From assembly GCA_963744065.1 (NCBI GenBank), contig CAVUSN010000001.1, forward strand, positions 217,659-281,658: a stretch of 64,000 nucleotides of DNA, written 5' to 3'. Shown here in pieces: positions 41,901 to 53,851 of this stretch. The first letter of the stretch is position 1, and each line of letters begins with the position of its first letter. This stretch comes from an uncultured Actinomycetes bacterium. GTDB lineage: Bacteria > Actinomycetota > Thermoleophilia > Gaiellales > JAICJC01. The position numbers were made by a program, and so were the translations under genes. Below the pieces are notes generated by a model. The model saw only the letters and a program-made list of their open reading frames with translations. It searched no databases and was not told where the DNA came from.

Positions 41901-43734
41901 TCGCCGCCACCTGCGGCTGGTGGCGGCGTTCGACCACCGGCACGTGTTCGTCGACCCCGACCCCGATCGCCGAATCGGGGCTCGCCGAGCGCCAGCGGCT
42001 GTTCGCCCTGCCCGGGTCGAGTTGGGACGACTACGACCGGTCGCTGATCTCGGAGGGCGGCGGCGTCTGGCCGCGGTCGGCCAAGTCGGTGCCGGTGTCG
42101 GCCGAGGCGCGCGCCGCGCTGGGGGTGGGGGATGCGCCTGTCGCCGACCGAGCTCTGCCAGGCGGTGCTGCGGGCTCCCGTCGACCTGTTCTGGAACGGC
42201 GGCATCGGCACCTTCGTGAAGGGCTCCATCGAGTCCAACGACGAGGTCGGCGACCGCGCCAACGACGCCCTCCGGGTCGACGGCTCGGAGCTGCGGGTGG
42301 CCGTCGTCGGCGAGGGCGGCAACCTCGGCTTCACCCAGCTCGGGCGGATCGAGTACGCGCGCGCCGGCGGGCGCATCAACACCGACGCCATCGACAACTC
42401 GGCCGGCGTCGACTGCTCCGACCACGAGGTCAACTTGAAGATCCTGCTGGCGCTGGCCATCGAGGCCGGCGAGCTGGACACCGAGGGCCGAAACGAGCTG
42501 CTGCAGGACGTGGCCGGCGATGTCGTCAGGCACGTCCTGTACGACAACTACCTGCAGGTGCAGATCCTGTCCCAGGAGAGTGCCGGGTCGGCCAGCCGGA
42601 TGGAGGCCTACGAGGATCTGATGGTCGAGCTGGAGGCCGCAGGCCTGCTCGAGCGCGGCCTCGAGTACCTGCCGTCCAGCGAGACGATGGCCGAGCGGGA
42701 GGCCGCCGGCCAGGGCATGGTGCGGCCGGAGCTGTGCGTGCTGCTGGCCTACGCCAAGCGGCTGCTGCGCGAGCAGTTGGTTGCCTCCGGCGTGCCGGAC
42801 GAGGCGTAGCTGGACGACGACCTGCTGGAGTACTTCCCGCCCGCGGTGGTCGAGCGCTTCGGGCACCTGCTGGCCAGCCACCCGCTGCGCCGGGAGATCA
42901 TCGCCACGATCGTCACCAACGACGTCATCAACTCGATGGGCATCACCTTCGTGCCGCGGATGACGGCCGAGACCGGGGCCGTCGCCGGACGAGGTGTGCC
43001 GGGCCTTCATCGTCGCCCGCGAGGTGAGCGCGGCCGCGCACGCACTGGGACGACGTCGAGGCGCTGGACGGGGTCATGCTCGCCCGACGTGCAGGGGCGG
43101 CTGATGAACGGCGTCGACTCGCTGGTCGACCAGCTGGCCCGCTGGTACCTGCACAACGCCCCCGACCTGGATGTGGCCGAGGAGGTCGAGCGCGGCACGG
43201 CCGAGTTCGCGGACCTGGTCGAGCAGCTGGAGGAGGCGGCCACCACGGCCTGGCGGGTGGCGTACGACGAGCGGCTGGAGGAGTTCTTGGAGCACAAAGT
43301 GCCCGAGCCGGTGGCCCGTTTCGGCGCAGCCGTCCCCGACCTGCGTCTACGCGCCCGACATCATCGCCGTGGCCCGCGAGTCGGGACGCTCGATCGCCGA
43401 GGTCGCCCACGCCTTCTTCGTGGTCGGCGAGCGGCTGTACCTGGACGTGATCGAGGATCGGGTGGCCGCGCTACCGGCCGAGACGCGCTGGCAGCGGCTG
43501 GCCTGGAGCATCGCAGCTGGACGACCTGCGGCTGCTGCGCCGCCAGATCGTGCGGCGGGTGATCGAGGACGCCGACGGCGCGGGCATCGACGAGGCGGTG
43601 GACGCCTACCTGGCGGCGCGGGTCGATCCGTACAAGCGGCTGGCGACGCTGATGTCGGCGGACGGCAGCTCGGCGCCGGACGACAGCTCGGTGGTGATGG
43701 TGATGGTGCACCAGATCCGGCAGGTCGTGGCCTA

Positions 43735-43735
<1 letters not shown>
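38902..43735 (+). pseudogene. gdh: NAD-specific glutamate dehydrogenase, large (about 1600 aa) type, many frameshifts
   Basis: From GTG 38902 to TAA 43733-35, conserved Bac_GDH segments appear in alternating frames. Examples: ..[18 protein letters not shown].., ..[19 protein letters not shown].., ..[40 protein letters not shown].., ..VVAADKGTA.., ..WNGGIGTFVK.., ..DAIDNSAGVDCSDHEVNLKIL.. . Confidence 0.9.
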
Positions 43736-45738
<2,003 letters not shown>

Positions 45739-45742
<4 letters not shown>

Positions 45743-46449
45743 GTGCAGCCGACCTCAAGCGGGCGGCCGAGGAACACGCTGTCGAGGCCGAGGTGCGCTC
45801 CGGTATGCGGATGGGCCTGGGCACCGGCTCCAGTGCCGCCGCCATGCTGGAGGCACTGGCCCTGCGGCTGGCCGACGGCCGGCTGGCGGATGTCGTCGGC
45901 GTGCCCACGTCGCGGGCCACTGCCGACGCCTGCGGGCGGCTGGGTATCCCGCTGACAACGCTCGACCGCCAGCCGCAGCTCGATCTGGTGATCGACGGCG
46001 CCGATGAGATCGACCCCAGCCTGCGGCTGATCAAGGGACTGGGCGGTGCGCACGTGCGCGAGAAGGTGGTGGCCAGCGCCGCCGACCGCATGGTGGTGGT
46101 GGCCGACGAGTCGAAACTGGTGGACCGGCTGGGCCAGCGGGTGCCGCTGCCGGTGGAGGTGCTGGCGTTCGCCCGCCGGCCGTGCGAGCGCCAGCTGGAG
46201 CGGCTGGGCTGGCGCCCCGAGCTACGGCTCGGCTCCGCCGGCGCGCCCTTTGCGACCGATGAGGGCAACCTGATCCTGGACTGCCGGCGCGACGACTGGT
46301 CAGACCCGGAGCGGCTGGCCCGCGGGCTGGAGGAGATCCCGGGGGTGGTCGGGCATGGCTTCTTCCTGGGCTATGCGAACGCGGCGGTTGTCGCTACGCC
46401 GGAAGGCGTGCGCGAGCTGACAGCTGAAGCCGCGCCTCCATCACCCTGA
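45739..46449 (+). CDS. rpiA: ribose-5-phosphate isomerase A
   Basis: Intact 236-aa ORF (GTGA overlap with the upstream gene). ..GLGTGSSA..DGADEID..LIKGLGGAHVREKVVA..ATDEGNLILD.. are RpiA signatures. Confidence 0.9.
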
Positions 46450-47244
46450 TCGCCTCGGGGTTCTGGTCGATCAGCACGAACCGCCGGCCCAGCTCGCGGG
46501 CGACCGCGCCCAGCGTCCCCGAGCCGGCGAACGGATCCAGCACCAGGTCGCCGGGCTGGCTCGATGCCTGCACCATGCGGCGGACCAGGCCGACCGGCTT
46601 CTGGGTCGGGTAGCCGGTCTTCTCGCGGCCGGTGGGCGAGACGATCGTGTGCCACCACACATCGGTCGGCAGCTTGCCGCGGGCCGCCTTCTCGGCGGTC
46701 ACCAGCCCCGGCGCCATGTACGGCTCGCGCTCGACCTGCGTCGGCCTGGAACAGGTAACGGTCCGGGTCGCGCACATAGACCAGGATGGTGTCGTGCTTG
46801 GCCGGCCACCGCCGGCGCGGCTTGGCGCCGTAGTCGTAGGCCCAGATCAGCTCGTTCAGGAAGCATTCGCGGCCGAACAGCTCGTCCAGCAGCAGCTTCG
46901 CGTAGTGGGCCTCGCGGTAGTCCAGGTGCAGGTACAGCGTGCCGGTGGGGGCGAGCAGTCGGTGCAGCTCGCGCAGCCGCGGCTCGAGGAAGCCCAGGTA
47001 GTCGTCGAAGCTGTCGTCGTAGGCCGACCTGCCGGTGATACGGGTGCGGTAGCGACGGCCGCCGAAACCCATCCGGTCGCCATCGGCGGCCGCCTCGGTG
47101 ACGCAGCGTCTGGCGCTGCCGCGTGCGGCCGGTGTTGAACGGCGGATCGACGTAGACGAGCTGGAAGCTGGCGTCATCGAAGCCGGCCAGCAGCTCCAGG
47201 TTGTCGCCGTGCAGGATGCGGCCGTCGGGTGGAGGTCGTTTCAC
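46394..47244 (-). pseudogene. site-specific DNA methyltransferase (N4/N6 amino-MTase, DPPF motif first), two frameshifts
   Basis: ILHGDNLELL..FQLVYVDPPFNTG (ORF 46699-47244) / ..DDYLGFLEPRLRELHRLLAPTGTLYLHLD..LIWAYDYG.. (ORF 46371-47177) / ..DVWWHTIVSPTGREKTGYPTQKPVGLVRRMVQASSQPGDLVLDPFAGSGTLGAVA (ORF 46394-46777). Confidence 0.8.
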
Positions 47245-47279
47245 CGGCGTAGGATCGCGCAGCCGGTGGTCGGAGCGCT

Positions 47280-48210
47280 CTACGCCCGGGTGTGCGGCCA
47301 GCTTGCGCAGGATCTGGTCGCGGCGTGGGCCGGCGCACGTTTCGCACCAGCCCCAGCTTCTCCCAGACCCCGATCACCAGCCCGGACAGGTCGAACTGCC
47401 GCCACGCACAGCCCGTGCACGGCCGAGGTGGGGAAGACGTGGTGGTTGTGGTGCCACGACTCGCCAAGCGACGGCAGCGCCAGCAGCCAGTTGTTCGTGG
47501 AGTGGTCGGCTGCGCGGAACGGCCGGCGACCGAAGTAGTGGCAGATCGAGTTGACGCTCCAGGTGACGTGGTGGTTCAGGAAGAGCCGCACCAGGCCGCC
47601 CCACAGCGAGGCCGGTGATGGCGCCCTTCCAGGTGCTGCGTGATCAGCGCCGCCGAGCGTGAACGGCAGCACGAAGCCGAGACGATCACCCACAGCCAGA
47701 AGGTGCGGTCGACGAACCTCACCATCCGGTCAGCGAGCAGGTCGCTTGGCCGTAGCGCTCTCGCTCGCTCCGGTTGTTCTCGAAGATCCAGCCCATGTGC
47801 GCGTGCACCAGCCCCCGCAGCTGCCCCCAAAGCCGACGGTCGAAGCCGTGGTGGGGGCTGTGCGGGTCGCCCTCCTTGTCGGAGAAGGCGTGGTGGGTGC
47901 GGTGGTCGACCGCCCAGGTGATCGCCGAGCCCTGGATGGCGATCGAGCCGAACACCAGCAGCAGCGCCTTCAGCGGAGGCACGGCCTCGAACGCGCGGTG
48001 GGTCAGCATGCGGTGGAAGCCGATCGTGATGCCGAATCCGCACAGCACGTACAGGCCCAGGAAGAGGGCCAGGTCTGACCAGCCCACCGCACGGTTCCAG
48101 AGCAGCGCGACGGCGCCGATCAGGCCCAGGAACGGCAGCACGGTGATCATGATCGTGCCCACTTTGCGGCCGCGGCTTGCGACCATCGGCGCCAATGTTG
48201 TCTCCATCAC
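47280..48210 (-). pseudogene. acyl-CoA (stearoyl-type) fatty acid desaturase, frameshifted
   Basis: Histidine boxes HRMLTHR and HRTHH lie in ORF 47719-48210. ..DLLADRMVRFVDRTFWLW.. is in a second frame. ..NHHVTWSVNSICH..ESWHHNHH.. is in ORF 47280-47693. ..WRQFDLSGLVIGVWEKLGL.. is in another frame. The 3' end is approximate. Confidence 0.8.
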
Positions 48211-48965
48211 TGCCCTTTCGTCGATGCGCCCTCAGACACCTGCACGCGGCTTCCCGGCACGATGTCGTCTTCGCCTGTCTCGTCCCAGCGCACCCAGCCC
48301 TTGTGGCCGCCGTCGTAGTCGCCCGCGAAAAGCACCAGACGGGCCGGACGGTCGAGCGCCGTGCAGTGCGCCTCGCCCTCCGGATCGATCCCGCGCCAGA
48401 TGCGGATGAACGGGTTCGACTCCCACTCCTCGCCGATCGTGGTGGGGTCGGTGTGCCCGGGGTGCACGGCGGTCTCCGGTGGGAGTGCCATCAGCACGTC
48501 CATGATGGACGGCTTGAGGCTGGCGAAGGAGTCGCTGAGAGTGCCGCCGACTGTGCCCTTGAAGAGCACGTCGCCGGTGAAACAGTCGCTGCCGTTGACC
48601 AGGTAGGCCAGATGGCCGGGACTGTGGCCCGGGGTGAACAGGGCCTCGATCTTGAGCCCGCCGGTGACCAGTTGGGTGCCGTGCTCGAGCAGCACGTCGG
48701 CGTCGCCGATCCGCTTGGCCTCCAGCATGTGGGCCGCCACCGGCACGTCGTAGCGGGCCCGGTAGGCGTCGTTTCCGGCCACGTGGTCGTGGTCTGCGTG
48801 GGTCAAGAGCAGATGGGTCACGGTCAGCCCATGCCGCTGCACCGCGTCCATCAGCGGCGCCGTGGGACCGCCGGAGTCGATCAGCACAGCCGTGCCGCCC
48901 GGTTCGTCGCCGACCAGATACGAGTTGGACAGCCAGCCCTCGTGCATGCTGCGCTCGATGATCAT
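48207..48965 (-). CDS. MBL-fold metallo-hydrolase (glyoxalase II-like)
   Basis: Intact 252-aa ORF. THADHDH motif, ..TPGHSPGH... ATGA-type overlaps with both neighbours. Confidence 0.85.
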   Translation of the reverse strand: MIIERSMHEGWLSNSYLVGDEPGGTAVLIDSGGPTAPLMDAVQRHGLTVTHLLLTHADHDHVAGNDAYRARYDVPVAAHMLEAKRIGDADVLLEHGTQLVTGGLKIEALFTPGHSPGHLAYLVNGSDCFTGDVLFKGTVGGTLSDSFASLKPSIMDVLMALPPETAVHPGHTDPTTIGEEWESNPFIRIWRGIDPEGEAHCTALDRPARLVLFAGDYDGGHKGWVRWDETGEDDIVPGSRVQVSEGASTKGQ

Positions 48966-49543
48966 CGGCTGGCCCGAGCCTCGCGCATGGCCGCCTTGTG
49001 GGCGCGCTTGGCGGTCTGGTAGGCGGCCAGCGCTTCGGCGGAGTCCACGTCGCCCAGCGTCGGGTGGTCAGGCAGCACCTCCCGGTAGCCCTCCGGCCGG
49101 ACGCCGAACTGCTTGACCAGGGTCGCGGTCAGCGAGCGCACCTTCATATCGCCGATGCCCGGCAGCGCGCCCAGGCGCGCCCGCAGCTCGGCGCCGGTGG
49201 CCGCCTCGCTCCACACCCGAGAGCCGTCGCCGCCGTACTCGGTGGCGATGGTGTCGCACAGCGCCTGCACGCGTTTGGCCATGGCTCCCGGGTAGCGGTG
49301 CAGGGCGGGCGGAGTGCGGAAGGCCCGCTCCAGCTCGTCCGGGTCTGTGGCCGCGATCCGGGCCGGGTCGAGATGGCCCAGCCGGCGGCGCAGCTCGAGC
49401 GGGCCCGAAAACGCCTTCTGCACGGTCACCTGCTGGTCGAGCGCGAAGCCGATCAGAAGCGCGTTGGGATCGGCCGCGATCAGCGCGTTGGCCTGCGGGT
49501 CCTCGGTCCAGGGCAGTTGCGCGGGTGCGGTGGTGGTGGCCAT
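48962..49543 (-). CDS. HhH-GPD-type base-excision DNA repair family protein
   Basis: Intact 193-aa ORF. ..LIGFALDQQVTVQKAF.GP..L..DPDELERAF..PALHRYPGAMAKR..LPGIGDMK.. matches my recollection of this actinobacterial family. Confidence 0.7.
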   Translation of the reverse strand: MATTTAPAQLPWTEDPQANALIAADPNALLIGFALDQQVTVQKAFSGPLELRRRLGHLDPARIAATDPDELERAFRTPPALHRYPGAMAKRVQALCDTIATEYGGDGSRVWSEAATGAELRARLGALPGIGDMKVRSLTATLVKQFGVRPEGYREVLPDHPTLGDVDSAEALAAYQTAKRAHKAAMREARASR

Positions 49544-49552
49544 CCCTGGAGA

Positions 49553-50263
49553 CTACCTGTAGCCGGCGGTTCCAGAGCCCGACTCGAGGGCCTCGCAGAT
49601 CCAGCGCGCGACCTTCTCCGGCGGATCGCCTCCGGACCACAGCGGTTGGCCGCGCGCCACGGTCCGAAACTCGGTGTCGGTCAGCGCGGGCTTCACGTTC
49701 ACGACGTGCACGCCGTGGTCGCGCAGTTCCCGGTAGGCGGTGCCGGAGATGGAGTCGACCGCGGCCTTGGTGGCGGCATAGGCGCCGGAGCCGACCTCGG
49801 GGAAGTGGCCGACGATGGACGACACGTTGACGATCGCGCCCGAACGCTGCCTGACCATCACCGGGCCGGCTGCGCGGATCCCGTTGAGGACGCCGACGAC
49901 GTTGGTCTGCACCATCGCCGCCACCCGCAACGGATCGTGCTCGTGCAGCGGCCCGCCGCCGCCGAAGCCTGCGTTCGAGACCAGGATGTCGAGCCGGCCG
50001 CCCCACTCGACGGCCCGTTCGACCAGCGCCTGCACCTGCTCCCACACGCCCACGTCGCACTCCACCGCGAGCCCGCCCAGCTCCTGCGCCAGCGGCTCCA
50101 GCCGATCCATCCGGCGGGCCGACACCACCACCCGGGCGCCCCGTTGGGCCAGCATCCGGGCGGTGGCCAGACCGATCCCCGAGGAGGCGCCGGTGACCAC
50201 CGCAACAGCCCCCCGGATAGTCACCCGGGCGCCTCGCTCTCCGGCCAGTCCCTCACTGCTCAT
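49553..50263 (-). CDS. SDR-family oxidoreductase
   Basis: ATG 50263 within track ORF 49553-50338. TGASSGIG, NAG and YAATKAA motifs. Confidence 0.88.
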   Translation of the reverse strand: MSSEGLAGERGARVTIRGAVAVVTGASSGIGLATARMLAQRGARVVVSARRMDRLEPLAQELGGLAVECDVGVWEQVQALVERAVEWGGRLDILVSNAGFGGGGPLHEHDPLRVAAMVQTNVVGVLNGIRAAGPVMVRQRSGAIVNVSSIVGHFPEVGSGAYAATKAAVDSISGTAYRELRDHGVHVVNVKPALTDTEFRTVARGQPLWSGGDPPEKVARWICEALESGSGTAGYR

Positions 50264-50525
50264 CGGTGTCCTCCTCGTCTCGGTTGGCCCGCTTGGCAGC
50301 CTCGGTGCGGGTGGCGATGACCACCAGGTAGGTGCCAAGGATGGCCCAGAACACGCCGTACAGGATGCTGCGCCCGACCGGCTGCAGGAACAGCGTGATG
50401 TGCAGCAGGAAGAGCAGCACGACCAGGGTCGGGAAGGCGATCACGATCTGCGTCTGGGCGGGCAGGCCCTCCCAGCGCAGCAGCAGCCGGTGCCCACGCC
50501 CGCCAGCCTGGCCCTGCGACCCCAT
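50253..50525 (-). CDS. small hypothetical membrane protein
   Basis: 90-aa ORF with two hydrophobic helices and an acidic tail. It fills the gap between the ADH and SDR genes. No family recognised. Confidence 0.45.
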   Translation of the reverse strand: MGSQGQAGGRGHRLLLRWEGLPAQTQIVIAFPTLVVLLFLLHITLFLQPVGRSILYGVFWAILGTYLVVIATRTEAAKRANRDEEDTDEQ

Positions 50526-50531
50526 GTCCGG

Positions 50532-51695
50532 CTACCGCCGCTCTCCCAACGCTAGCGCCGACCGGTAGGCGGCCTCCGCCTCGGCCTCCGACCATGGCTC
50601 GGGCGCCACGGCCATGAAGTTGTCGGCCAGCGCCCCTGCTGACAGCTCGGCCAGGTCGTCCTCGACGACGCCCACAGACGCCAACGTCTCGAAATCCAGC
50701 TGCTTGAGGATGTCGCGCACCGCGCGAACCGCCCGCGAGCCGTCGTTCGACCCGTCGTCGGGAGCTCCCAGCGCGTCTGCCACGCGTTCGAAGCGGTCGG
50801 GCACGAACCGCCGGTCGCGGTCCATCGACTCGGCCAGCACCAGGCCGATGGTCAGACCGTGGGGCAGGCCGTAGCGGCCGCCCAGCGCCTGCCCCAGCGA
50901 GTGCTCGGAACCGCAGTCGGAGATGTTCATGGCCAGGCCCGCCATCAGGCTGGCGCAGGCCATGCGCGAGCGCGCTGCCGAATTCGACCCGTCGGCCACC
51001 ACCTGGGGCAGCGCGCTGGCCGCCAGCCGCACCGACTCCAGCGCGATCCCGTCGCCCACCGGCGTTGCCACCTTGACGATCACCGCGGCGATCGCCTGGG
51101 CCAGCGCGTCGATACCGGTGTAGGCGGTCACCTTGGCCGGTAGCGCGTGCGTCAGCGCAGGGTCGACCAGCGCGTACTGGGCGCGCAGCAGCGGGTTGGC
51201 GATGCCTGCCTTGACGTGCGTCGCAGGATCGGTGATGACCGCCCCGCCGGATACCTCCGAGCCGGTGCCGGCTGTGGTCGGGATGCACACCAGCGGCATC
51301 TTCGGCCGCTCGTACGTCACCCCGCCGGCGGCGAACCGCAGATAGGGCCCGCCCTGCCCGGCCACCAGCCGGGCGGCCTTGGCGGTGTCCATGCTCGACC
51401 CGCCGCCGACTGCCACCAGGCCGTCGCAGCCCGACTGTTCGAGCGCCGACGCGGCCAGTTCCACCACATCGGAGGTCGGCTCGCCTGCGTCCTTCTCGAA
51501 TCGCACCGCGGTACGCAGCTCGGTCAGGGCGGCCGCCACCCCCGGAATCAGATCCTCCAGGCCGGCGTCGATCACGATCAACGGCCGGGTCACGCCCTCG
51601 TCGGTCAGCACACCGGCCAGGTCGCCGGCCACGCCCTCGCCGAACCGGATCTTGACCGGCAGGTGGTTGCGAAACGGGCTGATCGGGTCTGACAT
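50532..51695 (-). CDS. iron-containing alcohol dehydrogenase family protein
   Basis: ATG 51695 within track ORF 50532-51713. ..VAVGGGSSMDTAKA..IPTTAGTGSE..TGIDALAQAIA..GLPHG.. are family signatures. Confidence 0.9.
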   Translation of the reverse strand: MSDPISPFRNHLPVKIRFGEGVAGDLAGVLTDEGVTRPLIVIDAGLEDLIPGVAAALTELRTAVRFEKDAGEPTSDVVELAASALEQSGCDGLVAVGGGSSMDTAKAARLVAGQGGPYLRFAAGGVTYERPKMPLVCIPTTAGTGSEVSGGAVITDPATHVKAGIANPLLRAQYALVDPALTHALPAKVTAYTGIDALAQAIAAVIVKVATPVGDGIALESVRLAASALPQVVADGSNSAARSRMACASLMAGLAMNISDCGSEHSLGQALGGRYGLPHGLTIGLVLAESMDRDRRFVPDRFERVADALGAPDDGSNDGSRAVRAVRDILKQLDFETLASVGVVEDDLAELSAGALADNFMAVAPEPWSEAEAEAAYRSALALGERR

Positions 51696-51762
51696 GGCCG
51701 CCCTCCTAGGCACCCTCTGGATCGAGCCGTTAGCCTACTCGCTGTCTCAATCAGGAGGTCCG

Positions 51763-52293
51763 ATGTCCAAGCCCGGCTTCGCGCAGGCGCTGAACGAGCA
51801 GGTGGCCTACGAGTTCGGCGCCTCGCAGCAGTACATCGCCATCGCCGTCCACTACGACGGCGAGACGTTGCCCCGACTGGCGGCGCACTTCTACCAGCAG
51901 TCGCTGGAGGAGCGAAACCACGCCATGATGATGGTGCAGTACCTGCTGGACGCCGGCCTGGAGGTGGCCATCCCGGGGGTGGAGGCGCCCCGCACCGAGT
52001 TTGCCGACGCGGTCGAGCCGGTCGCATTGGCGCTCGAGCAGGAGCGCCGGGTCACCGGTCAGATCAATGCCCTGGCCGGACTGGCCAGAGACGCCGGCGA
52101 CTATCAGTCCGAGCAGTTCATGCAATGGTTCATCAAGGAGCAGGTGGAGGAGGTGGCCAGCATGTCCTCACTGCTCAAGGTGGTCGAGCGGGCGCGCCAA
52201 AATCCGCTGCTGGCTGAGGAGTACCTGGCCCGCGAGTCGACGGCCGCGGCGGCCGACCCGACGGCTCCGCACGCTGCCGGCGGCGCGCTTTAG
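51763..52293 (+). CDS. ferritin (non-haem, BfrB-like)
   Basis: ATG 51763 follows AGGAGG. ..LNEQVAYEFGASQQYIAIAVHYD..SLEERNHAMMMVQYL..ALEQERRVT..QWFIKEQVEE.. are ferroxidase-centre residues. Confidence 0.88.
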   Translation: MSKPGFAQALNEQVAYEFGASQQYIAIAVHYDGETLPRLAAHFYQQSLEERNHAMMMVQYLLDAGLEVAIPGVEAPRTEFADAVEPVALALEQERRVTGQINALAGLARDAGDYQSEQFMQWFIKEQVEEVASMSSLLKVVERARQNPLLAEEYLARESTAAAADPTAPHAAGGAL

Positions 52294-52303
52294 CCGGATT
52301 CGT

Positions 52304-53251
52304 CTAGAGCTCGATGCCGTCCATCGCGGTGGCCCGCGAGAGTACGTCGCGGCCGAAACTGTCCGGGTTGGTGCCCAACTGCTCGGCCAGTTCCAGCGCG
52401 ATCCGCTGCACCGCCGCGGTCAGCGGAAACACCGACAGCAGCTCGTTGGGATAGGCGGCGGTGATGGTGTGCAGACGCACGCCGCAGCGCTCGGCCGACG
52501 CCGCCACCTCCAGCAGTCGCTCCTCGCCGGGGCCGCCGCCGTTCAGGCACACCAGCGTGTCACCCTCGCCCAGCGCCACCGATGGGCCGTGCAGGTACTG
52601 CTCGACTGACTGACCCTCGGTCGCCACGTAGCAGGTCTCGCGCACCTTCAGCGCGCCCTCGGCCGCCGTCCACTGGTTGGGACCGGCGCCGATCAGTTCC
52701 AGCAGCCGGCGCGGCGGCGCCACCTCGGGCGCGCCGCCCTCCAGCACCGCGGCCACCGTGTCGGGCACCGCCTCCAACGGTCCCAGGTCGGCGCCCAGCG
52801 CCTGTGCCAGCTGGGCCAGCCGCAGCATCGCCGCGGTGTGGCTCGCGGTGAAGGCCGAGGATGTCTCAGCTGCCACCGTCTCGATATCCGCGCCGGGCAC
52901 TCCGCGGGCGCTGATCGACACCACCGCCGTGCCCTGCGCTCGGGCGGCGTCGACGACCTGGGTCGTGTACCGCTTGGTGCCGCGGTGGCTGAGCAGCAGC
53001 AGGCCGTCGTCTGGGCCGGGCCGGGGGCCGTGCAAAGCGGCGTCGACCGCCTGCACGGGCCATGCTTCGACGTCTGCGGCCCGCAGGAACCAGGTGCCGA
53101 TGTTGGCGGCATGCCAGCTGGTGCCGGTGCCGACAACCAGCAGCCGCCGGCCGCGCAGCCGCTCGGCGGCGGCCTCGACGCCCGCCGGCTCGGCCAACAG
53201 CCGGCGCAGTTCGGCCGGCTGCCCGGCCATGGTGTCACGCATGGCGCTCAT
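52304..53251 (-). CDS. SIS-domain sugar-phosphate isomerase/aminotransferase-like protein
   Basis: ATG 53251 within track ORF 52304-53818. ..LLVVGTGTSWHAA..LLLLSHRGTKRYT..VSISA.. and a second SIS-like half. Confidence 0.8.
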   Translation of the reverse strand: MSAMRDTMAGQPAELRRLLAEPAGVEAAAERLRGRRLLVVGTGTSWHAANIGTWFLRAADVEAWPVQAVDAALHGPRPGPDDGLLLLSHRGTKRYTTQVVDAARAQGTAVVSISARGVPGADIETVAAETSSAFTASHTAAMLRLAQLAQALGADLGPLEAVPDTVAAVLEGGAPEVAPPRRLLELIGAGPNQWTAAEGALKVRETCYVATEGQSVEQYLHGPSVALGEGDTLVCLNGGGPGEERLLEVAASAERCGVRLHTITAAYPNELLSVFPLTAAVQRIALELAEQLGTNPDSFGRDVLSRATAMDGIEL

Positions 53252-53261
53252 TGGTCTGACC
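53252..53261. promoter_or_regulatory. GntR-type operator candidate TGGTCTGACC
   Basis: GGTC-T-GACC palindrome (GT-N3-AC core). It lies in the 30-nt gap between the divergent SIS (53251) and gntR (53282) starts. Confidence 0.35.
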
Positions 53262-53281
53262 GACACGGTACACTGGGGCCG

Positions 53282-53851
53282 ATGTCGGTGAGCGCAGATG
53301 TTACCCAGCGGATCCGCGAGTTGATCGACGAGCGCGGGCTCGGCCAGGGCGACCGGCTGCCCTCCGAGCGCGAGCTGTCGGCCCAGCTGGGCGTCTCCCG
53401 GCCGGCACTTCGAGAGGGCCTGCGACGGCTGATCGACCGTGGGGTGATCGAACCCCGGCGCGGCTCCGGCAGCTACATCTCCGGCGCCGACGCCGTGCAG
53501 CTGGCCGAGGTCCGCGACCGCCTGGAGCCGCATGCCGCGCGGCTGGCGGCGCGCAACCACACCGCCATAGACGATGCCGCCTTCCAACGCATCCTGGACG
53601 ATCTGCGGGGCGGCGCCGGGATCGCCTACACCGAGCTTCGGCTGGCCATCGCCGGGGCGTCGGGGAACAACGTGCTGGCCTCGGCGGTGGCCGGGCTGGC
53701 GGAGTTGGAAGCGCGTCCGCCCAAGGTCACGAACCGCATGATCAAGGACATGACCAGGGTGGTCGAGCGGATCGTGGCCGGCGACGCCGCGGCCGCCCGT
53801 CAGGCCATGCGCCGGCACCTGGCCAGGCTGACCGCCGCCGCCGGCGGCTAA
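53282..53851 (+). CDS. GntR-family (FadR-like) transcriptional regulator
   Basis: ATG 53282 within track ORF 52838-53851. wHTH ..GDRLPSERELSAQLGVSRPALREGLRRL.. plus a helical FCD-like C-domain. Confidence 0.88.
   Translation: MSVSADVTQRIRELIDERGLGQGDRLPSERELSAQLGVSRPALREGLRRLIDRGVIEPRRGSGSYISGADAVQLAEVRDRLEPHAARLAARNHTAIDDAAFQRILDDLRGGAGIAYTELRLAIAGASGNNVLASAVAGLAELEARPPKVTNRMIKDMTRVVERIVAGDAAAARQAMRRHLARLTAAAGG

Noticed and set aside
47244-47345. Apparent in-frame read-through from the desaturase C-terminus (..PTP-DQILRKLAAHPGVERSDHRLRDPTP) into the DNA methyltransferase start, suggesting a fusion protein.
   Set aside because: Changing the CCC/GGG run at about 47286-47291 by one base gives ..KLAAHRA-stop at TAG 47280-82. 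The region already contains several frame errors, so a fusion is not supported.
51714-51762. A possible IdeR/DtxR iron box (TTAGCCTACTCGCTGTCTC) upstream of ferritin.
   Set aside because: Only about 8 of 19 positions match the TTAGGTTAGGCTAACCTAA consensus, and it has no dyad symmetry.
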